Positions 21,177 to 29,526 of a stretch of DNA of 47,542 nt are shown piece after piece. Each line of letters opens with the position of its first letter. Within the stretch, counting starts at the first letter, position 1. The notes below the pieces were generated by a model. That model searched no databases. It was not told where the DNA came from and was given only the letters and a program-made list of their open reading frames with translations. The stretch is from Mycobacterium sp. (GTDB lineage Bacteria; Actinomycetota; Actinomycetes; Mycobacteriales; Mycobacteriaceae): contig DASRJA010000613.1 in assembly GCA_035649695.1 (NCBI GenBank), positions 1 through 47,542 on the forward strand, given 5' to 3'. The position numbers and the translations under genes are program-made.

Positions 21177-21848
21177 GTGACTGATCGAATCTCGATCGTC
21201 ATCGCAGAGGACTCATTGCTGGTCCGGGACAGCGTTTCCCGGGCGCTTTCGACCGACCCCGATGTGACTGTCGTCGGCGTCGCCGAGGACTACTACTCGG
21301 CGGTCGAACTCGTCGAAGAGCATCGGCCCACGATTCTGGTGACCGACGTTCGCATGCCACCCACGTCGACCGATGAAGGTATTCGGCTGGCGCGGTGGAC
21401 GCGGACAGCGCATCCGGACGTCGGGGTGATCGTGTTGTCGAATTACGCCGACCCGAGTTACGCGGCGGGGTTGCTGGAGGGCGGAACGACGGGCCGGGGG
21501 TACCTGCTGAAGGAACGCGTGGCGCGTTTCGACGAACTCTCCGATGCGGTGCACCAGGTGGCGAACGGCGGGACGGTACTCGATCCGCTCGTGGTGGAGG
21601 CGCTGCTTGCTCAGCCCCGCCCCGCGGCCACGCTGAACCGGTTGACCCCCAGAGAACGCGAGGTGCTTGGCGAACTGGCGACCGGGTTCAGCAATCGAAC
21701 GGTCGCGCGTCGGCTGGTGTTGTCCCAGCGGGCGGTGGAGAAGCACATCAATTCGATCTTCGCCAAACTCGAACTGACCCCCGACCAGTCAGTCGACCGC
21801 CGAGTCAAGGCCGTGTTGATGTTCCTCGACGACAGCGGATCGGTCTGA
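21177..21848 (+). CDS. NarL/LuxR-family response regulator
   Basis: IAEDS, DVRMPPT..DEG, GYLLK and the LTPREREVL..SN HTH. Confidence 0.95.
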   Translation: MTDRISIVIAEDSLLVRDSVSRALSTDPDVTVVGVAEDYYSAVELVEEHRPTILVTDVRMPPTSTDEGIRLARWTRTAHPDVGVIVLSNYADPSYAAGLLEGGTTGRGYLLKERVARFDELSDAVHQVANGGTVLDPLVVEALLAQPRPAATLNRLTPREREVLGELATGFSNRTVARRLVLSQRAVEKHINSIFAKLELTPDQSVDRRVKAVLMFLDDSGSV

Positions 21849-21873
21849 TGTTGTGCGGCCCGCGATCGGCAAT

Positions 21874-21891
21874 GGTGGTGCGTACACCATC
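21874..21891. promoter_or_regulatory. Palindromic box GGTG-N4-CACC; candidate response-regulator site
   Basis: GGTGGTGCGTACACCATC; 14/18 identical to the box at 23596-23613. Confidence 0.5.
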
Positions 21892-21924
21892 GTTTTTGGC
21901 AAATCGATCCGCGACGATGGCGGG

Positions 21925-22296
21925 GTGGCGGACCTCGTGCGTGTCTGGGTCGTCGACGACCAAGCAAGCTTCCGACGGGCTACCGCCGCCACGTTGGATG
22001 CGATGGACGACTTCGTGATGGCCGGCGAATGCGAGACCGGTGAAACCGCGATCGAGCAGATTCCCAACGGCGACGCGGACATCGTGTTGATGGACATCCA
22101 CATGCCGGGGATGGGGGGAATCGAAGCCGCGCGGCACATCTCGGCTGCACGAGCGGACGTGATGATCGTCCTGATGTCCACCTACGACGTCGAGGACCTT
22201 CCCGTTTCGGCCTCGGTCTGCGGTGCCGCGTCGTATCTGCACAAGGAACGCCTGTCTCCAGATTTGCTGAGGCGGATATGGCGAGCGGGCGCCTGA
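21925..22296 (+). CDS. Single-domain response regulator (receiver only)
   Basis: VWVVDDQ, LMDIHMPGMGG, LMST and YLHK; no output domain. Probable GTG start at 21925. Confidence 0.88.
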   Translation: MADLVRVWVVDDQASFRRATAATLDAMDDFVMAGECETGETAIEQIPNGDADIVLMDIHMPGMGGIEAARHISAARADVMIVLMSTYDVEDLPVSASVCGAASYLHKERLSPDLLRRIWRAGA

Positions 22297-22391
22297 GGCT
22301 CACGTCGGCGGTCGGATCGGCGCCCCAACTGCGTGCGCCGAGAACGCTCGCGGTCGCGGCGCTTCGCTCGCCATCGTTGGGCCACGACCTG

Positions 22392-23585
22392 ATGCACCGC
22401 TTCCGGGCCGAACGCTTCGAGTTGTTCCTCTCGGGCCACCTCGCATTGTGGGCGAGCGCCGGGATCCTGCTGCCGCTGTGGGAGTACTTCTGGTTGCTGC
22501 GATCGCCGCGGTTCCTGGCCTTCGTCGCCGTCGGTGCGGCGCAGTGCGTCGTGCTCGCCGTCGGGCTGCGACTGGCCCGGCGAGATCGGTATCAGCCATC
22601 GATCACGCTCGTCTGCATCGGCACGTGGGTCAGCGTTTCGCTGGTCACGCTCATCTCTCCGCCCCTGCTTCCGGCGATGGTCTTGGTGGCGATGGTGCCC
22701 GTCACCTTCGCCGAGCCCTACATCAGCCTGCAGCGCGGACTGGTGTTCACCGTGATCACCGCGGGCTGCGTCCTGGCCATGGCTGCGCTCGCCCGCATCA
22801 CCCACCTGCCAGCCGCGGTAGTCCAAGAGACTCGTTGGATAGAGACCGCGTTCATCGTCATCGCGGTGCCGCTCAACGTCCTTCACGTCATGGTGATCGT
22901 CTGGAACAACGCCTCGGCGTTGAGGACGTCCGAGCGAAAGCTCGCCGAACACGCGGCCGAGCTCGCCGCATCGCGCACCCGGTTGATCACCGCGGCCGAC
23001 GAGGAACGGCGCCGCCTCGAACGCGATCTGCATGACGGCGCCCAACAACACCTCGTCGCGCTGTCGGTGCTCGTCCAGTTGGCGCGCAACGCCGAACGTG
23101 ACCGCGCCGCGCCGTTGCTGACCGAGGCGTCCGAGCTGGTGGATACGGCGATCTCCGAGATTCGTCGGCTCGCCCACGGGATCTATCCCCCGCTCCTGAT
23201 CAGCGGAGGTTTGGCGGAGGCGTTGCCTGCGCTGGCCGCGCGGGCGTCCGTCCCCGTGCAACTAGACCTGGGGCGGATTGACCGCTACCCGCCTTCGACC
23301 GAGGCCGCGTTCTACTACTGCTGCAGCGAAGCGCTGCAGAATGCCGCCAAACACGGCGGCCCGGACACCACCGTCACGGTCACCGCCGTCGCCGACGAAC
23401 AGACGCTCACCTTGACGATCAGCGACACCGGCTGCGGATTCACCCCCGCGATCATGGGGATGGGGCTGACGAACATGACGGACCGCCTTTCGGCCATTGG
23501 CGGTCGGCTCGGGATCGACACGGCGCCTGGACGTGGTACTCGCATCACCGCCGCCGTCGACACTGAGGTGGAGCCGGCCAGCTAG
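22392..23585 (+). CDS. Membrane sensor histidine kinase (HisKA_3 type)
   Basis: About six TM helices; ERRRLERDLHDGAQQ H-box, EALQNAAKH, ISDTGCGF and GLTNMTDRL..GG. Start is 22392 or 22278. Confidence 0.92.
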   Translation: MHRFRAERFELFLSGHLALWASAGILLPLWEYFWLLRSPRFLAFVAVGAAQCVVLAVGLRLARRDRYQPSITLVCIGTWVSVSLVTLISPPLLPAMVLVAMVPVTFAEPYISLQRGLVFTVITAGCVLAMAALARITHLPAAVVQETRWIETAFIVIAVPLNVLHVMVIVWNNASALRTSERKLAEHAAELAASRTRLITAADEERRRLERDLHDGAQQHLVALSVLVQLARNAERDRAAPLLTEASELVDTAISEIRRLAHGIYPPLLISGGLAEALPALAARASVPVQLDLGRIDRYPPSTEAAFYYCCSEALQNAAKHGGPDTTVTVTAVADEQTLTLTISDTGCGFTPAIMGMGLTNMTDRLSAIGGRLGIDTAPGRGTRITAAVDTEVEPAS

Positions 23586-23595
23586 GCCATACCAC

Positions 23596-23636
23596 GGGGG
23601 TGTGCACACCACCACCAACCGTGTTGCGCACACGGT
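23596..23636. promoter_or_regulatory. Palindromic boxes upstream of the biosynthetic operon
   Basis: GGGGGTGTGCACACCACC at 23596-23613 and ACCGTGT-TGCGC-ACACGGT at 23618-23636. Confidence 0.5.
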
Positions 23637-23721
23637 GGTCAGGGCGGTGCCCGTCGCAGAAGGATAGGGCCACACCTTCGAAAGTCATTGTTTGACAGCA
23701 TCTTCAAGAGCGGAGGCTCGT

Positions 23722-24939
23722 GTGTCGACAGTCTCAAGTCCAGCGGGACAACGCTCCACGGCCCGCGCCCAGATGTTGTCGCGGCTGGCCCATAGTGGCC
23801 GAGATGTCATGTGCTACACCGTCGGCGATGAGCGAAACATCCTGCTCAATCACCCCGACCATGTCGAACACGTGCTTGCCGCGAACCGCGCCAACTACAG
23901 CAAGGACACCGCGGCCAACCGCTACTTCCGCACCGAGATCGCAGACGGGATCCTGACCGCCGACGGCGACGGCTGGCGGCGTCAGCGGACCCTGCTCAAC
24001 CCGGTCTTCCGCGACCGGGCACGGCTGGCGACCGCTGCACGCGAAGCCATCGCCGCCCTCGTCGCGCGGCTCGACAAGCTCGCCGACACGGGCCGCGAGC
24101 TGAACCTGTCCGCCGCGATTGGCGAAGTGACACTGTCGATTACGGTCCGCGCGCTGTTCGGGATGAGCCACGAACCGTTCATCGACCAGTGCATTGCGCT
24201 GGGTGGCGCACTGGACGATGCGAACTCCCTGTTGCCAGGTATGGACGGGGCGGGTCCGCGAGATGGGCTCTACCGGCAACTCCGCGCAGCGCTGTCCGCG
24301 TCGGCCCGCGGCGAGTACGGGCCGGCCCTGGCCGCGCTGGCCGACGACCCCGATCACTCCGGCGAGGCGCTCTACCAACAGCTGGTGACGCTGCTCCTGG
24401 CCGGATTCGAGACGACGGCGAATTCGCTCACGTGGGCGTGGATCCTGTTGATGCAACATCCCGACGTCTACGAGGAGTGGCAGCACAGCCTTGGGACGTC
24501 GGCGGCGCTCACCAAGGCCTTGTTCGACGAAACCCTGCGCCTGTACCCGTCGGCCTGGATCCTCGGACGGCGCGCGCTCAGCGACGATCACGTGGGCGGC
24601 GTCGACATCCCGGCCGGAGCCGCCGTAACGATCAGTCCCTTTCTGCTGCATCGGCATCCGAAGTTCTGGGACGACGCCGAAGCGTTCCGTCCGCACCGCT
24701 TCCTTCCGGGCGGCGCGCGGCCCGCTCACCGTTACGCCTACATCCCGTTCGGCGCCGGACACCGCTACTGCATCGGAGCCACCTACGCCCACGACGAGGC
24801 CGAGATGATCCTCGACGAGCTCGGCCGACGGTTCACCTTCCGATCGGAACACGTCGCCGACGCCCGGCCCGAGCACAAGTTCGTGCTACGCGCCCCTGAC
24901 CCGCTGCGCGTCACCGTCCACCGGAGGAATACGCCATGA
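23722..24939 (+). CDS. Cytochrome P450
   Basis: AGFETT I-helix, ETLR (ExxR), PHRF and FGAGHRYCIG heme-Cys motif. GTG start at 23722 after GGAGG. Confidence 0.95.
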   Translation: MSTVSSPAGQRSTARAQMLSRLAHSGRDVMCYTVGDERNILLNHPDHVEHVLAANRANYSKDTAANRYFRTEIADGILTADGDGWRRQRTLLNPVFRDRARLATAAREAIAALVARLDKLADTGRELNLSAAIGEVTLSITVRALFGMSHEPFIDQCIALGGALDDANSLLPGMDGAGPRDGLYRQLRAALSASARGEYGPALAALADDPDHSGEALYQQLVTLLLAGFETTANSLTWAWILLMQHPDVYEEWQHSLGTSAALTKALFDETLRLYPSAWILGRRALSDDHVGGVDIPAGAAVTISPFLLHRHPKFWDDAEAFRPHRFLPGGARPAHRYAYIPFGAGHRYCIGATYAHDEAEMILDELGRRFTFRSEHVADARPEHKFVLRAPDPLRVTVHRRNTP

Positions 24940-25205
24940 CCATTGCGCCCGCATCGCCAACCGAGTTCGGCGCGGCAGTCTGTGCCCTGATCGCAGAGCA
25001 CACGAACCTGCCAGTGGACTTCATCACACCCGACCGTGCCTTCGACGACCTCCCCCTCGATTCCCTCGGGATGCTCGAACTCATCCTGCTCGCCGAGGCC
25101 ACCTTCGGGATCGTCGCCTTGGATGACGACGGGATCGAAGTGCACACCGTCGGTGACGCGATCACATTCCTCGCATCGAAATTGCCAGTCGCACAGAACG
25201 ATTAG
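24936..25205 (+). CDS. Acyl carrier protein 1
   Basis: 89 aa, acidic, LDSL phosphopantetheine site, TVGDAI C-terminus; ATGA overlap with the P450. Confidence 0.88.
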   Translation: MTIAPASPTEFGAAVCALIAEHTNLPVDFITPDRAFDDLPLDSLGMLELILLAEATFGIVALDDDGIEVHTVGDAITFLASKLPVAQND

Positions 25206-25215
25206 GACACAACGC

Positions 25216-26874
25216 ATGAGCAGCCTCACCGATCAGATGTACGCCAACGCGGCGACCAGCCCGCGCGGGATGATCACCGGAACCTTCGAGGACCCGATCC
25301 GGCGCAGTTGGGGCGAGGTGCACGACGAAGCGCGACGGATGGCGGGCGCACTGTCGAAGATGGGTGTCGAGCCGGGTGCCTCGGTCGCGGTGCTGGCCGG
25401 CGATCCAGCCGACGTCGCCCCGCTCGCTCAGGCGGTCTGGATGCGAGGCGCATCGCTGACCATGCTTGCGCAGCCCACGCCGCGCACCGACCTCGCCATG
25501 TGGTTGGCCGACACGCATCGCGCCGCACGCACCGTACGGGCAGCCCTGACCATCGTGGGCGCACCGTTCACCGAGGCAGCCGAACCTCTGAATGCGGCCG
25601 GACAAGACGTGGTCATGCTCGAGGAGCTTCGGACTGGACCCGCCATCGAACCGCTGCATCCCGACGAGTCGGCGATCGCGATGTACCAGCTGACGTCGGG
25701 GTCCACCGGAACCCCCAAGGCTGTCCAGCTCACCCACGCAAACATCGTCGCCAACTCGAACGCCCTGTTCACGGCGACGGACGGCGATGCGGCCACCGAC
25801 GTGATGGTCAGCTGGCTGCCGCTGTCGCACGACATGGGCATGCTCGCGTTCCTCGCGCTGCCGATGCAGTACGGCGTCGAGCTCGTCGCCTCCAGGCCCG
25901 AGGAGTTCCTGCGCCGGCCGGCGCTGTGGGCGGACCTGATCAGCCGCTACCGCGGAACCATCACCTCAGGACCGAACTTCGCGTACGCGCTGCTCGCCCT
26001 GACCCTCGAACGGGCCGACCCCGGCCGCTTCGATCTGTCCAGCCTGCGCGTGGCGATCAACGGCGCCGAACCCATCGACGCCCGCGACACCCGTCGCCTG
26101 GCCGAGGCGGGTGCACGATTCGGACTGCGTCCCGGGGCGATCACCCCGGCGTACGGGATGGCCGAGGCCACGCTGGCGATCACCTTCGACAACTCACCAC
26201 AGGTCAACGTGGACCGGATCAGTCGCATCGATCTGCAGGAACGCGCGCTGGCCACGCCGGACGCCGGAGCCGACGCGTGCGGGGTGGTCTCGGTGGGTCT
26301 TCCGGTGGCGGGCATGGAGATCCGCGTCGTCGACTACTACTCGCGGCCGCGTCCGCCGCGACACGTCGGGTCGATCGAGGTCCGCGGCGCAGCGGTGTCC
26401 GGCGGATACCTCGCCGACCAGGGGTGGCGCGAGGGGGCCTTCATCCGTGACGGCTGGCTGCACACCGGCGACCTCGGCTACTTCGACGAACACGGCAGGT
26501 TGTACGTCTGCGGCCGGACCAAGGACGTGATCGTCATCGCGGGCAACAACATCTACCCGACCGATGTCGAACGCGCCGCCTGCGCCGTGCCCGGCGTCCG
26601 GGCCGGCAACGCGGTGGCCGTCCGCATCGACGCCGGCGAGTTCCGGGAGGGGTTCGCCGTGCTCGCTGAGTCGAAGCTCGCGGCCGATCCCGTTGAGGCG
26701 GAGCGCATTCGCGCCGAGATCGCCCTTCGTGTCAACCAGGCCGTGGGACCCAACGCACGAGCGGTACTGGTGCTGCCGCCGGGCAGTGTCCCCAAGACGG
26801 GGTCGGGCAAGCTGCAACGCCGCAAGGCCGCCGAATTGTTTGCGCGCCTCGACGCCGAGGCGGTGCCGGCATGA
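25216..26874 (+). CDS. Fatty acyl-AMP ligase 1 (FAAL, MbtM/FadD33-like)
   Basis: LTSGSTGTPK, SWLPLSHDMG, NGAEPI, YGMAEATL, HTGDLG, GRTKDVIVIAGNNIYP and KTGSGKL. Confidence 0.9.
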   Translation: MSSLTDQMYANAATSPRGMITGTFEDPIRRSWGEVHDEARRMAGALSKMGVEPGASVAVLAGDPADVAPLAQAVWMRGASLTMLAQPTPRTDLAMWLADTHRAARTVRAALTIVGAPFTEAAEPLNAAGQDVVMLEELRTGPAIEPLHPDESAIAMYQLTSGSTGTPKAVQLTHANIVANSNALFTATDGDAATDVMVSWLPLSHDMGMLAFLALPMQYGVELVASRPEEFLRRPALWADLISRYRGTITSGPNFAYALLALTLERADPGRFDLSSLRVAINGAEPIDARDTRRLAEAGARFGLRPGAITPAYGMAEATLAITFDNSPQVNVDRISRIDLQERALATPDAGADACGVVSVGLPVAGMEIRVVDYYSRPRPPRHVGSIEVRGAAVSGGYLADQGWREGAFIRDGWLHTGDLGYFDEHGRLYVCGRTKDVIVIAGNNIYPTDVERAACAVPGVRAGNAVAVRIDAGEFREGFAVLAESKLAADPVEAERIRAEIALRVNQAVGPNARAVLVLPPGSVPKTGSGKLQRRKAAELFARLDAEAVPA

Positions 26875-27686
26875 GCCCGAAGGCGACGACGAGTGAGGAT
26901 CGCAGCGAGGAACGAGCGAGGACCGGAGCGAGGAGGAGTCGAGGCATTAGCAAAGCCCCGGCCATCGAGCTCGAGCGGCTGCGGATCGTCCGCGGCGGCA
27001 ACACCGTCATAGACGACGTCACCGTGTCCGTCTCGGAGGGCATCATCACCGGGTTGCTCGGCCCGTCCGGCTGCGGCAAGACCACCCTGATGCGCACCAT
27101 CGTCGGGAACCAGAAGATCACCGCGGGGTCGGCGACGGTGCTCGGCCACGCTGCCGGTGCCAAGAGCCTGCGTCGGCATGTCGGCTACGTGACCCAGTCG
27201 CCGAGCATCTACCGAGACCTCACCACCATCGAGAACGTCCGCTACTTCGCGGCTCTGTACGGCATCGGCATGCAGCGCGTGCACGAGGTCGTCGAGGCCG
27301 TCGGACTGACCGGGCAGAAGACCGATCTGGCCGGCAACCTCTCCGGCGGACAGCAGGGCCGGGTGTCGCTCGCGTGCGCACTCGTCTGTGACCCGGACCT
27401 GCTCATCCTCGACGAGCCGACGGTGGGGCTCGACCCGCTGCTGCGCGTCGAACTGTGGGAACAGTTCGTCGACATGGCCGACCGCGGAAAGACGTTGCTC
27501 ATCTCGAGCCACGCCATGGACGAGGCGCGGCAATGCGCCGAACTGATCCTGATGCGCGACGGCGCCATCCTCGCGCACGCCGAGCCCGAAGCGATTCTGC
27601 GCCAAACCAATTGCCTTGACCTGGAATCGGCCTTCGTGGCACTCGTCCGATCCGAGCTCCAGCCCGTCGAGGAGGTCCGGTCATGA
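26871..27686 (+). CDS. ABC-2 type exporter ATP-binding protein
   Basis: GPSGCGKT, LSGGQ, LILDEPTVGLDP and SSH. Confidence 0.93.
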   Translation: MSPKATTSEDRSEERARTGARRSRGISKAPAIELERLRIVRGGNTVIDDVTVSVSEGIITGLLGPSGCGKTTLMRTIVGNQKITAGSATVLGHAAGAKSLRRHVGYVTQSPSIYRDLTTIENVRYFAALYGIGMQRVHEVVEAVGLTGQKTDLAGNLSGGQQGRVSLACALVCDPDLLILDEPTVGLDPLLRVELWEQFVDMADRGKTLLISSHAMDEARQCAELILMRDGAILAHAEPEAILRQTNCLDLESAFVALVRSELQPVEEVRS

Positions 27687-28438
27687 ACCCGACCACCCAC
27701 TGGGCGACGACCGTCCGAATCCTGACTCAGCTGCGTCGCGACCGGCGCGCGATGTTCATGATCCTGGTGATACCGGCGCTGATCACCGTCCTGTTCTACT
27801 CCACGCTGTCGTTGCAGGGGCCCGGGCCCGACGGCTTGACACCGTATGACCGGCTTGGCATCTTCCAGATCGCCGTCATCCCCTGCGCGGTGATGTTCCC
27901 CATCGCCGCCATCACGATGCGCCGCGAACGCGCAAGCGGCACGCTGGACCGGCTGTTCACCACCCCAATGTCCAAGTTGGACCTGCTGGCCGGATACGGC
28001 ACCGCGTTCTCGCTCGGCGCCGTCGCGCAGGCAGTGATCGTCACGCTCGTCGCCTACCGGGTGACGGACCTGAGCACGGCCGGCAGCCCACTGCTCGTGG
28101 CGATGGTCTGCGTGCTGACCGCCGTGCTCGGAGTCGCCCTCGGGTTGTTTTTCAGTGCGTTCGCCGAAACCGAGTTCCAGGCCGTGCAATTCGCGCCGAT
28201 CGTGCTGGTGCCCCAGCTGTTCCTGGCCGGAGTGTTCATTCCTCGCGACGAAATGCCCGGTTGGCTGCATTCGTTCAGCGACGTCCTCCCGCTCACCTAT
28301 GTCGTCGAGGCGTTGCAGCAGATCAGTGCCAACGCAGAGGCGACCCCCCGCATGTGGCGCGACGTCGGTGTCGTTGTCGCCTTCATCATCGCCGCGGTCC
28401 TCGGCGGCGCCGCGACTCTGCGCCGACAGGAAGCCTGA
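27683..28438 (+). CDS. ABC-2 type exporter permease
   Basis: About six TM helices; RERASGTLDRL and LPLTY. Confidence 0.92.
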   Translation: MNPTTHWATTVRILTQLRRDRRAMFMILVIPALITVLFYSTLSLQGPGPDGLTPYDRLGIFQIAVIPCAVMFPIAAITMRRERASGTLDRLFTTPMSKLDLLAGYGTAFSLGAVAQAVIVTLVAYRVTDLSTAGSPLLVAMVCVLTAVLGVALGLFFSAFAETEFQAVQFAPIVLVPQLFLAGVFIPRDEMPGWLHSFSDVLPLTYVVEALQQISANAEATPRMWRDVGVVVAFIIAAVLGGAATLRRQEA

Positions 28439-28441
28439 GCT

Positions 28442-29233
28442 ATGTACACCTTCGCCCACGACGGCGTCACGTTCACCGTCCAGCCCGCCGAGCAGGGCAG
28501 GCACACCGTGGTGTTCGTCAACGGGCTGTTCGGCGGCGGATGGATATGGGAACCCGTCGTCGCCACGCTGACCGCTCAGGGGTACGGGACCGTCGTCACC
28601 GCCGAACCCCTGGCTGCACACGAGACCGCAGAAGACATTCCCGCACTGCTGCAGAGCATCTCGTTGCTGGTCGACACGCTGCCCGATGCGGCCCCGATCC
28701 TCTGCGGGAACTCCCTCGGCGCGCTGGTGGCGATGGAGTTGGCGGCCGCCGAGCCGTCGCGGTGGGCCGGCGTGATCCTCAGCGGAGCACCTGGGCTGGG
28801 TGACGAGCAGGACGCGGACAGCTTCGGTTCCGCGCTGCGCACCCCGTCACTGCGGCTCGGAGACCTCATCGCCGACCGGCTGATTCACGACAAGGAACTG
28901 ATCACACCCGAACTGGTCGAGCGCTGCACCCAGGCGTTGACGCCACGCATCATGCTTCGCGCCGGGCGGGCGTTGCGCGCCACGCGCGGGTATGACGCGC
29001 GAGGGCTGTTGGGCCGCATCGATTCTCCCGTGCTGCTGATCTGCGGCGCCTGCGACGAGATCAGCTCGCCCGCGAAATGGCGAGACGCTGCCCCGATGTT
29101 CCCCGACGCCGACTACGTCGAGATCGCAGGAGCAGGCCACTCGCCGATGCTCGAGAAGCCGGACGAGTTCTCGGCCCTCGTGACTGCCTGGCTCGACACC
29201 ATTCCTGCGCCGCACCTCTCGGGTACCGGCTAA
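28442..29233 (+). CDS. Alpha/beta hydrolase
   Basis: GNSLG nucleophile, GACDEI (Asp) and GAGHSP (His). Confidence 0.88.
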   Translation: MYTFAHDGVTFTVQPAEQGRHTVVFVNGLFGGGWIWEPVVATLTAQGYGTVVTAEPLAAHETAEDIPALLQSISLLVDTLPDAAPILCGNSLGALVAMELAAAEPSRWAGVILSGAPGLGDEQDADSFGSALRTPSLRLGDLIADRLIHDKELITPELVERCTQALTPRIMLRAGRALRATRGYDARGLLGRIDSPVLLICGACDEISSPAKWRDAAPMFPDADYVEIAGAGHSPMLEKPDEFSALVTAWLDTIPAPHLSGTG

Positions 29234-29262
29234 CCGCAACAGCTTTCACGAAGGAACCGACC

Positions 29263-29526
29263 ATGGATTGCACGCTTTCCGCCTACGACACTCTCGTCGA
29301 TTGGCTGATCGACAGGATCGCCGTCTACCTCGCCACCAGCCCAGCTGCGATCGAGACCGATAAGACGTTCGGAGACTACGGCCTGGACTCGGCCTTCGCG
29401 CTCAATCTGTGCACCGACCTGGAAACCGAACTCGGAATCCTCGTCGAACCCACCATCGCGTGGGACTACCCCACCATCGGTGACATCGCCGGTCATCTCG
29501 CCGAAAGCACCGGGAGGACCCGATGA
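29263..29526 (+). CDS. Acyl carrier protein 2
   Basis: FGDYGLDS and WDYPTI motifs; ATG at 29263 after AAGGA; ATGA overlap with the PKS. Confidence 0.9.
   Translation: MDCTLSAYDTLVDWLIDRIAVYLATSPAAIETDKTFGDYGLDSAFALNLCTDLETELGILVEPTIAWDYPTIGDIAGHLAESTGRTR

Noticed and set aside
26553-28621. Long antisense ORFs (350 and 459 aa) opposite the ABC genes, and similar ones elsewhere
   Set aside because: Typical high-GC shadow frames with no motifs, fully overlapping well-supported genes.
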